Shown: piece by piece, positions 24,203 through 32,000 of the stretch
Numbering within the stretch: position 1 is the first letter of the stretch
How the letters are laid out: the number at the start of each line of letters is the position of its first letter
Assembly (NCBI RefSeq): GCF_009827135.1
Contig: NZ_CP046534.1
Location: 510,001 to 542,000 of the forward strand
Length of the DNA stretch: 32,000 nt
Direction: 5' to 3'
Source: Blochmannia endosymbiont of Camponotus nipponensis
GTDB taxonomy: Bacteria; Pseudomonadota; Gammaproteobacteria; Enterobacterales; Enterobacteriaceae
Translations under genes and position numbers: made by a program
The notes under the pieces: model-generated
The model's database searches: none
The model's input: the letters and a program-made list of their open reading frames with translations, nothing else
Told to the model about the DNA's origin: nothing

Positions 24203-25468
24203 ATGTCCATATATACAAATTATGATGTTGAATTATGGGAAATAATAAAAAAAGAAATCGTCAGACAAGAAGAACATATTGAGTTGATAGCATCTGAAAA
24301 TTATGTTAGCCCTCAGGTTATGAATGCACAAGGTTCGCAACTTACGAATAAATATGCTGAAGGCTATCCAAAGAAACGTTACTATGGAGGATGTGAAAAT
24401 ATTGATCTAATCGAAGAATTAGGTATTAAACGAGCTAAAAAACTATTTTCTGCAGATTATGCAAATGTACAACCGCATTCTGGATCTCAAGCTAATTTTT
24501 CTGTTTATAATGCTTTATTGCACCCTGGAGATATGATTTTAGGTATGCATCTAAATCATGGAGGACATTTGACGCATGGTTCGCCAGTAAATTTTTCAGG
24601 AAAATTGTATAAGTCTATATTTTACGGTGTTGACGAAACTGGTTACATTGATTATGAAAAATTATATTATTTAGCCTCAAAACATAAACCGAGGATGATT
24701 GTAGGAGGATTTTCCGCATATTCTGGTGTTGTAAATTGGTCTAAAATGCGTCAAATTGCTGATGCAGTTCAAGCATATTTATTTATTGATATGGCTCATG
24801 TCGCGGGATTAGTTGCAGCAGGTATATATCCAAATCCATTACCACATGCACATGTAGTAACTGCCACCACTCATAAGACATTAGCAGGACCCAGAGGTGG
24901 TTTAATTTTAGCTAGCGGGGGTAATTCTGAATTGTATAAAAAACTAGATGCTTCAGTTTTTCCCGGTTCTCAAGGAGGGCCTTTAATGCATGTTATTGCA
25001 GCTAAAGCAATTGCTTTAAAAGAAGCTATGGATCCATCTTTTAAGTTATATCAGAAAAAAGTTGTGCAAAATGCTAAGATAATGGTGAAGGAATTTTTAT
25101 TACGAGAATTTAAGGTAATCTCTGGTACAACTTGTAATCATCTTTTTTTATTAGATTTAAGCAATAAAAATATCACCGGAAGAGATGCGAGTATAGCTTT
25201 AGAACGAGCTAATATCATTGTTAATAAAAATAACATACCAAATGATTTTAGAAATCCTTATATTACATCTGGTATACGTATTGGAACATCAGCCATAACT
25301 AGACGTAATTTTAATGAAAATGATGCGCAAAAGTTGTCCCATTGGATCTGTGATATATTGAATCATATCGATAACAATGAAATTATTTTGTCTACAAAAA
25401 TCAAAGTCTTGCGTATATGCGCACAGTATCCGATATATAATCAATATTATGAAAAATCAGTTACATAA
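24203..25468 (+). CDS. glyA: Serine hydroxymethyltransferase
   Basis: The ATG at 24203 gives 421 aa, and the N-terminal length matches E. coli better than the TTG at 24179. [15 protein letters not shown] and [13 protein letters not shown] (PLP Lys) are present. Confidence 0.96.
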   Translation: MSIYTNYDVELWEIIKKEIVRQEEHIELIASENYVSPQVMNAQGSQLTNKYAEGYPKKRYYGGCENIDLIEELGIKRAKKLFSADYANVQPHSGSQANFSVYNALLHPGDMILGMHLNHGGHLTHGSPVNFSGKLYKSIFYGVDETGYIDYEKLYYLASKHKPRMIVGGFSAYSGVVNWSKMRQIADAVQAYLFIDMAHVAGLVAAGIYPNPLPHAHVVTATTHKTLAGPRGGLILASGGNSELYKKLDASVFPGSQGGPLMHVIAAKAIALKEAMDPSFKLYQKKVVQNAKIMVKEFLLREFKVISGTTCNHLFLLDLSNKNITGRDASIALERANIIVNKNNIPNDFRNPYITSGIRIGTSAITRRNFNENDAQKLSHWICDILNHIDNNEIILSTKIKVLRICAQYPIYNQYYEKSVT

Positions 25469-25565
25469 TATCACTATAAGTAGAGTACATAATGTTTATT
25501 ATGTAAAACTTGTGTTTTTTGAAATAAAGAAAATTCATTGATCTGATTGAGGTATTTTATTGAGT

Positions 25566-26354
25566 TCATTGTATAATTGGTAGAATAGTCCTAATTATTT
25601 TCATGTTACCTGCAATTATATTTCCAGATAATAGATAGTTATTGGTTCCGGTAAAATCAATAATTAAACCTCCTGATTCACGAATGATTAAGGTACCGAT
25701 AATTAAATCATTATTGTAGTTAATATTGCTCAAAAAAATAGCAACACATCCATCTACCCGTCCAACCGCAACGTAGGCTAAATCTAAAACAGTTGCTCCA
25801 GTATAACGAAAATATATACATTGGTTGCTGAATTTCTTAAGTAGATCAGCAATCATATGTTGTTTTTCACGAGAACAAGATATAGCAATAATAGCTTTGT
25901 ATAAATTCTTAGTGGTACTTACACGAATCCGATAACCATTAAGATAAGCTCCTTTTCCACGACATGCGCTAAATAAATCATTATGGATAGGATCATATAT
26001 TACTTCTATTTCGATATGTCCTTTAAAGAAAACAGCAATAGATAATGCAAAGAAAGGAAATTGTTTAATAAAATTAATATCATTATCTATAGATCCAATT
26101 AACCAACAAATACTTTTTTTATGTTGTAGATCGTTAACTTTGTGTTTATTCCATGTAGTAAGAATAGTATGTAAGGGGTAAAATTTTCGAATGATTGTTG
26201 TAATAATATAATATGTTTCTTCATTTATTTTGGCAATAAAATCGTTAGCATGACTGGATTGTATACAGTTTTTATTAAAAAATTCATATTGTTTCACGAT
26301 AAAGCTTCCTGCCTTTCTTATAGCTTGAATAGCGATATTAAGCAAGGGGTGCAT
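25566..26354 (-). CDS. suhB: SuhB / inositol-monophosphatase-family protein with degenerate catalytic motifs
   Basis: 262 aa. The N-terminus MHPLLNIAIQAIRKAG, FALSIAV, VIYDP, LDLAYVAVGRVDG and GNIIAGN are collinear with E. coli SuhB. The IMPase signatures are altered (see findings). Confidence 0.85.
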   Translation of the reverse strand: MHPLLNIAIQAIRKAGSFIVKQYEFFNKNCIQSSHANDFIAKINEETYYIITTIIRKFYPLHTILTTWNKHKVNDLQHKKSICWLIGSIDNDINFIKQFPFFALSIAVFFKGHIEIEVIYDPIHNDLFSACRGKGAYLNGYRIRVSTTKNLYKAIIAISCSREKQHMIADLLKKFSNQCIYFRYTGATVLDLAYVAVGRVDGCVAIFLSNINYNNDLIIGTLIIRESGGLIIDFTGTNNYLLSGNIIAGNMKIIRTILPIIQ

Positions 26355-27181
26355 ACATTATTCATCCGGTAATTTATTATAAATTAGAATAAAATATAAC
26401 ATATATAAAAATTGACTATTCATTATAAAATTATATTTTTTACAGTAACATAGACATAGCATCTATGTGTTTATTATATAATGTATACGTCTAAATAATG
26501 ATCACTAAAGATCTTTGAAATTTATTATTATAAATAAAAATATTTTTTATTATAAATATAATGATATGTATACTAATGAAAATAAACAATTCAATTTTTA
26601 AACTTAATTGAAATTAAGAACTTTATATAGTTATTTTGGTAAATAGTTGTGTATTATGTATATGGTTTACAATCATCTTTAATTTTTTATTAGAAGGATA
26701 TATTCATTTTTGATGAAAATGGTGTTTATAATAATTATTTTTTTGCTGTCACAAACAATATTAATATTGTTGATGGTTTATTATTATATTAATTTTGTTG
26801 AAAAATATATCGTATGTAGAGAAATGTGCATATAATGATAACATAAATTGTGTCTTCTTTAAATTAACTAAATTAAATGGTTTGCAACGTGTTTATAACA
26901 TAAGAAGTATATTTAATTAAATAATGCAGTAGAGTATGTGTTCGTTTACATCTAAAGTAAGTGTGTACAATAATATAAAATATAAAGTAAATTTTAATGT
27001 TTTCTATAGTAACAAATAATAATCATATAGCACAATGTGTTTATGCAAGATATACATACAACTTAAGAATAGATATATATTTAGAATATTTAATTTTTTT
27101 ATATTATATAAATGGTGTTGATTATATAATATTTTTACATTTTCTATGTTAGAACGAATTTTTTATTTTGGAGTGTATTAG

Positions 27182-28351
27182 ATGAAGTTGCCAATATATT
27201 TTGATTATGCTGCTACTACTCCTGTGGATCCCAGAGTAGTAGAAAAAATGGTAAAATATCTTACCCTAGATGGCATATTTGGTAATTCGTCTTCTCGTTC
27301 TCATTATTATGGTTGGAAAGCAGAAGAAGCGGTAGATATATCTCGTAAACAAATTGCTCAGTTGATAGGAGCTGAACCACATGAAATCATTTTTACTTCA
27401 GGAGCTACTGAATCAGTAAATTTAGCTATTAAGGGGATAGCTCAAGCTTATTGTAATAAGGGTAAGCATATTATTACTAGTATGACAGAACATAAATCGG
27501 TGTTAGATACCTGTCAGTATCTTGAAAATAAAGGTTTTGAAATTACTCGTATAATTCCAAAACCTAATGGATTAATAGATTTTGATCAAATTAGTGATGC
27601 ATTACGAGATAATACAATTTTATTATCTATTATGCATGTAAATAATGAAATTGGTGTAATCCAAGATATTACCAAGATTGGGAAATTATGTCGTCTACAT
27701 GACATAATATTTCACGTAGACGCAACTCAAAGTGTTGGTAAATTACATGTTGATTTATCTGTTTTACCAGTAGATTTAATGTCTTTTAACGGTCATAAAT
27801 TATATGGCCCAAAAGGTATTGGTGGTTTATATATACGACAACATAGAGATCCAAAAATTTGTATTACTGCTCAAATACATGGCGGCGGACATGAATACGG
27901 CATACGTGCTGGTACATTGCCGGTTCATCAAATTGTTGGAATGGCTGAAGCGTATCGTTTAGCTAAAGAAACAATGGTAACAGAAATGATTTATTTAAAA
28001 AAAATGAGAGATCGTTTATGGCAAGGTTTACAACAAATTGAGGGAATATTAATTAATGGTGATTTAGATCATAGTGTAGGTACATTATTAAATATTAGTT
28101 TCAGTAATATTGATGGTGAAACATTAATGATTGCATTGAAAGATTTTGCATTATCTTCTGGTTCTGCTTGTACTTCTGGTGCCTTAAATCCATCACATGT
28201 ATTACAAGCTTTGGGAAGAAATAGTGAATTAGCATATAATTCTATTAGATTTTCTATAGGGCGCTTTACAACCGAGGAAGAAATAGAATATGCCATTCAT
28301 CATATAACTACTACCGTGATGAAGTTAAACGCTATGCTAAATTTATTATAA
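27182..28351 (+). CDS. iscS: Cysteine desulfurase IscS (C-terminally ~15 aa shorter than E. coli IscS)
   Basis: 389 aa. [19 protein letters not shown], the PLP lysine in [12 protein letters not shown], and the active-site SSGSACTS. Confidence 0.93.
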   Translation: MKLPIYFDYAATTPVDPRVVEKMVKYLTLDGIFGNSSSRSHYYGWKAEEAVDISRKQIAQLIGAEPHEIIFTSGATESVNLAIKGIAQAYCNKGKHIITSMTEHKSVLDTCQYLENKGFEITRIIPKPNGLIDFDQISDALRDNTILLSIMHVNNEIGVIQDITKIGKLCRLHDIIFHVDATQSVGKLHVDLSVLPVDLMSFNGHKLYGPKGIGGLYIRQHRDPKICITAQIHGGGHEYGIRAGTLPVHQIVGMAEAYRLAKETMVTEMIYLKKMRDRLWQGLQQIEGILINGDLDHSVGTLLNISFSNIDGETLMIALKDFALSSGSACTSGALNPSHVLQALGRNSELAYNSIRFSIGRFTTEEEIEYAIHHITTTVMKLNAMLNLL

Positions 28352-28853
28352 TTTTTATAGAAAAATAAAATGATTTATTTTATACGTGAATTTGCGCATA
28401 CCAAACAATGTATCTATAAAGAATTTGATAATTTTATTTATGTTGTTCGATTATATAAATAAAAAAAGTGATGTTTTTAAGGGTTATCTTTGATATATTA
28501 GATGGTCATTATTTTATTTTTTATATTTTTATTATTGAATATTTTGGTAGTTAGTGATATTTCACATATATTTAGATATTTTATTTAAATTAATACTGAA
28601 TATTTGTTTTATTTATATTGTAAATAGTAAGATTTTATGGATAAAAATCGTTCAACTCATATAATTAATAGTTAAAAAATGTTTCGTTATAAAATATGGG
28701 TATGATGTAATTGATTAATGTATTTTTATTATTTTGATTTAAGGAATAATACTTCATTTATAACATAGATTTTGTACAATGTAAATAAGATACAGTGATA
28801 TTATTTAAGGTAAGTGATTTTTATTTTTTGTGTAATAATATAAATAGGAATTA

Positions 28854-29276
28854 ATGGCAATGTTGATATCTTCTAAAGAAAATACATTATCAATCATTAA
28901 ACCAGATGCAGTTGCTAAAAATATAATTGGATCTATAATTAATAGATTTGAAACTGCTGGTTTTATGGTGATAGGAGCTAAAATGTTACAATTAACATAT
29001 ACACAAGCTTCTGAGTTTTATTGTGAGCACCAAAATAAACCTTTTTTTGAAAATTTAATAAATTTTATGATTTCGGGTTTAATATTTGTACAAATATTAG
29101 CAGGCCATAATTCAATACAACGTAATAGAGAAATTATGGGCGCTACCGATCCCATGCATGCATTAGCTGGTACAATTAGATCTGATTACGGGTACAATTG
29201 TACTAAAAATGCTATTCATGGGTCAGATTCTAAGCAATCTGCTGCACGTGAGATTTCTTATTTTTTTGATATTTAA
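28854..29276 (+). CDS. ndk: Nucleoside diphosphate kinase
   Basis: 140 aa. [15 protein letters not shown] and NAIHGSDS (catalytic His). AGGA SD upstream. Confidence 0.92.
   Translation: MAMLISSKENTLSIIKPDAVAKNIIGSIINRFETAGFMVIGAKMLQLTYTQASEFYCEHQNKPFFENLINFMISGLIFVQILAGHNSIQRNREIMGATDPMHALAGTIRSDYGYNCTKNAIHGSDSKQSAAREISYFFDI
29080..29099. repeat. 20-bp perfect palindrome inside ndk
   Basis: taatatttgt|acaaatatta, 10/10 pairs verified. Only one G/C pair per arm. Confidence 0.8.
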
Positions 29277-29461
29277 ATGATCAGTACGTATAGATATTTT
29301 AGCATTTATGAATAAAAAATAAGTGTTTGTTTGTTAAAAAAGAGCTTTAAGCATGAAAATAATATGCTGGTTTAATTTTTTTCCTGTTAAATTCATGCCA
29401 ATAGAAGGTGGAAGATAGTTTGTTTTACGTGAAATACTAAGATAGTGAAAGATGTTTTATT

Positions 29462-30589
29462 ATGTATCCAAAAAAGGTTAATCTCCTTAATATGAGCAAA
29501 GAAGAACTACTAATTTTTTTTTCTAAATTAGGCGAAAAATCTTTCCGTGCTTATCAGGTGATGAGATGGGTATATCATTATTATTGTGATGATTTTAATC
29601 AGATGACAAATTTAAGTAAATCTTTGCAAAAAAAATTGAATCAAGTGGCAGAAATTCGTGCTCCAATAATTACAACAGAGCAATTATCTTTAGATGGTAC
29701 GATTAAATGGGCTATGAAAATTGATGAACAACAAATTGAGACAGTTTATATTCCTGAAAATATAAGAACTACATTATGTGTTTCATCTCAAATTGGATGT
29801 CCTTTAGGATGTAGTTTTTGTGGAACAGCTCAACAGGGTTTTAATAGAAATTTGCAAATATCAGAGATTATTGGTCAAGTTTGGAGAGCAGCACAATATA
29901 TTACTCTTAATAGAAAAAAAGAAATAACAAATAGATTTCCTATTACTCATGTAGTGTTTATGGGGATGGGAGAACCTTTATTAAATATTATTAATGTTGT
30001 GTCAGCGATAAAACTTATATTAGATGATTTTGGGTTTGGATTATCGAAACGACATGTTATTCTTTCTACTGCTGGTGTCGTTCCAGGTATAAAAAAACTA
30101 AAAGATATGATTGATATACCGTTAGCTATATCTTTACACGCTCCAAATGATGTTATTAGAAATAAGATAATGCCAATTAATAAAAAGTATAATATTAATA
30201 GTATATTAGAAGCGGTGCGTAATTATGTGAAAAAAAATAAATATAATCATAGCCGAGTAACAATAGAATATGTGTTATTAAATCATATTAATGACGATGT
30301 TTTACATGCTCATCAATTAGCGAAACAACTTCAAGGTATTCCTTGTAAAATTAATTTAATTCCATGGAATCCAATTCCAAATATACAATACACATGTAGT
30401 TCTCGCATTCGTATACATTCATTTCTTAAGGTTCTATTACAACATAATATAGTAACCATTATACGAAAAATAAGAGGCGTGGATATTAATGCTGCCTGTG
30501 GACAATTGACAGGAGAAGTAATTAACCGTATGCATTGTTGTAATACGTTTTTTTGTGAAAAAATAGATAACACTGATCAAATATCATGA
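29462..30589 (+). CDS. rlmN: Radical SAM 23S rRNA/tRNA adenine-C2 methyltransferase RlmN
   Basis: 375 aa. Radical-SAM [17 protein letters not shown], and INLIPWNP...DINAACGQL, collinear with E. coli RlmN. Confidence 0.93.
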   Translation: MYPKKVNLLNMSKEELLIFFSKLGEKSFRAYQVMRWVYHYYCDDFNQMTNLSKSLQKKLNQVAEIRAPIITTEQLSLDGTIKWAMKIDEQQIETVYIPENIRTTLCVSSQIGCPLGCSFCGTAQQGFNRNLQISEIIGQVWRAAQYITLNRKKEITNRFPITHVVFMGMGEPLLNIINVVSAIKLILDDFGFGLSKRHVILSTAGVVPGIKKLKDMIDIPLAISLHAPNDVIRNKIMPINKKYNINSILEAVRNYVKKNKYNHSRVTIEYVLLNHINDDVLHAHQLAKQLQGIPCKINLIPWNPIPNIQYTCSSRIRIHSFLKVLLQHNIVTIIRKIRGVDINAACGQLTGEVINRMHCCNTFFCEKIDNTDQIS

Positions 30590-30801
30590 GATAAATTAAT
30601 AAAACAGGTATATATAATATTTTCAATGTATGTGGTTTTGATCTTGTTTATACTAAAATTAAAATAATGAATCCGATAATAATTGTGTGTATCGTACGTA
30701 GTATGTATCGAAACTTGTAAAAATTATAATTTTCTGTGAGAAAATCACACAACATCCTTACTTTATATAACAAATAAATTTAAATAAATATAATTGTTTG
30801 C

Positions 30802-30833
30802 AACATAAGTATATGATTATATATACTTATGTT
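30802..30833. repeat. Inverted repeat (13-bp perfect arms, 6-nt loop) in the rlmN-ispG spacer; possible intrinsic terminator on the + strand
   Basis: aacataagtatat-gattat-atatacttatgtt followed by ttatata. Lies ~50 nt upstream of the ispG ATG. Confidence 0.6.
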
Positions 30834-30884
30834 TTATATAGTCATGTATTTATGTTTTTAAAACATGAAAATACCGGAGAAAAT

Positions 30885-32000
30885 ATGAATAAGATTACGA
30901 ATATTGTTCGTCGAAAATCTACACGCATTTATATTGGTAATGTTCCTATTGGAGATGGAGCGCCTATTGCGGTTCAATCTATGGTAAACACTCGTACCAC
31001 AAATGTATTAGAGACAATTACTCAAATCAATGCCTTAAAAAAGGCGGGAGTGGATATCGTTCGAATATCAATACCTACTATGGATGCAGCTGAAGCTTTC
31101 AGAGTAATTAAACGACAAATAACCAATGTTCCACTAGTAGCAGATATTCATTTTGATTATCGTATTGCATTAAAAGCAGCTGAGTACGGAGCAGAATGTT
31201 TACGTATCAATCCTGGTAACATCGGGAATGATAAACGTATTCGAGCTGTAGTGCATTGCGCTCAAGATAAAAATATATCTATTCGAATTGGTGTAAATTC
31301 TGGTTCTCTTGAACGTGATTTACAAAAAAAATATGATGGTAATCCAACAGAATATGTCTTATTAGAATCAGCAATGAGGCAGGTAGATATTTTAGATAAA
31401 CTAAATTTTCATCAATTTAAAGTCAGTGTTAAATCTTCTGATGTACAAATAACAATGAAAGCATATCGTGCATTAGCATCAAAAATAGATCAACCTCTAC
31501 ATATAGGTCTTACTGAAGCTGGAGCTTTACGTAATGGTACGGTAAAATCTGCAATAGCTTTAGGTTTTTTATTAAATGAAGGTATTGGAGATACAATACG
31601 AGTATCGTTAGCTACAGATCCTGTAGAAGAGGTAAAGGTGGCATTTGATATTTTAAGAGCTTTAAAGATTCGTGCTCATGGTATTAATTTTATAGCTTGC
31701 CCGGGATGTGCGCGACAAGAATTTAATGTGATCAATGTAGTGAATGCTTTAGAAGAAAAAGTAAGTGATATTACAACACCTATGGATGTATCTATTATTG
31801 GATGTGTAGTTAATGGACCAGGAGAAGCATTGAAATCAACGATTGGAGTTGCTGGCGCACATAATAAAAGTGGTATATATGAAGATGGTATACGACAAAA
31901 AAAACGTTGTGATAACATATCAATAGTTGAAGAATTAGAACGTCGTATTCGAGCTAAATCTAAGTTGTTAAGTGAAAATAGTCATCCTGTGTCACATACA
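30885..32000 (+). CDS. ispG: 4-hydroxy-3-methylbut-2-en-1-yl diphosphate synthase (3' end runs off the window)
   Basis: Not in the ORF track because no stop is reached. ATG at 30885 with GGAG 5 nt upstream. The translation [39 protein letters not shown]... is collinear with E. coli IspG for all 372 codons. Confidence 0.95.
   Translation, partial: MNKITNIVRRKSTRIYIGNVPIGDGAPIAVQSMVNTRTTNVLETITQINALKKAGVDIVRISIPTMDAAEAFRVIKRQITNVPLVADIHFDYRIALKAAEYGAECLRINPGNIGNDKRIRAVVHCAQDKNISIRIGVNSGSLERDLQKKYDGNPTEYVLLESAMRQVDILDKLNFHQFKVSVKSSDVQITMKAYRALASKIDQPLHIGLTEAGALRNGTVKSAIALGFLLNEGIGDTIRVSLATDPVEEVKVAFDILRALKIRAHGINFIACPGCARQEFNVINVVNALEEKVSDITTPMDVSIIGCVVNGPGEALKSTIGVAGAHNKSGIYEDGIRQKKRCDNISIVEELERRIRAKSKLLSENSHPVSHT

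Noticed and set aside
25486-25505. tacataat-gttt-attatgta hairpin after glyA as an intrinsic terminator
   Set aside because: The stem is 8 bp and A/T-rich, and the T-run begins ~8 nt after the stem instead of abutting it.
26754-26771. 18-bp perfect palindrome aacaatattaatattgtt in the suhB-iscS spacer. Similar 14-16-bp palindromes occur at 11820-11835, 11643-11656, 16139-16152 and 23006-23019
   Set aside because: These are A/T-dominated and short enough that about one or more per window is expected by chance in this composition. I do not treat them as operators.

Overview
Strongly AT-rich, gene-dense window with almost pure A/T spacers. It looks like a reduced-genome gammaproteobacterial (Enterobacterales-derived) insect endosymbiont; Blochmannia-like is only a guess that I cannot verify. 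It holds 22 housekeeping CDSs: rpoC (3' part), purH, pssA, an EmrE-like SMR transporter, smpB, ratA, bamE, nadK, grpE, ung, lepA, lepB, rnc, pdxJ, acpS, tadA, glyA, suhB, iscS, ndk, rlmN and ispG (5' part). It also holds a 16S-tRNAGlu-23S rRNA operon with no 5S gene, and tmRNA. Gene order follows the E. coli 56.8-59 min region, with gene-sized deletions now seen as 300-830 bp spacers (era/recO, trmJ/iscR, iscUA-hscBA-fdx, rodZ, recN, ratB, purD). I saw no mobile elements, CRISPR, prophage, defence or toxin islands, and no novel multi-gene system. The least expected signal is a set of very long perfect or near-perfect palindromes lying in-frame inside conserved genes: two in bamE (46 bp and 34 bp) and one in purH (42 bp). 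Other points are a SuhB with degenerate phosphatase motifs next to intact boxA elements, a C-terminally shortened orphan IscS, an expanded 23S helix 45, and 9-nt homopolymer runs in CDSs.
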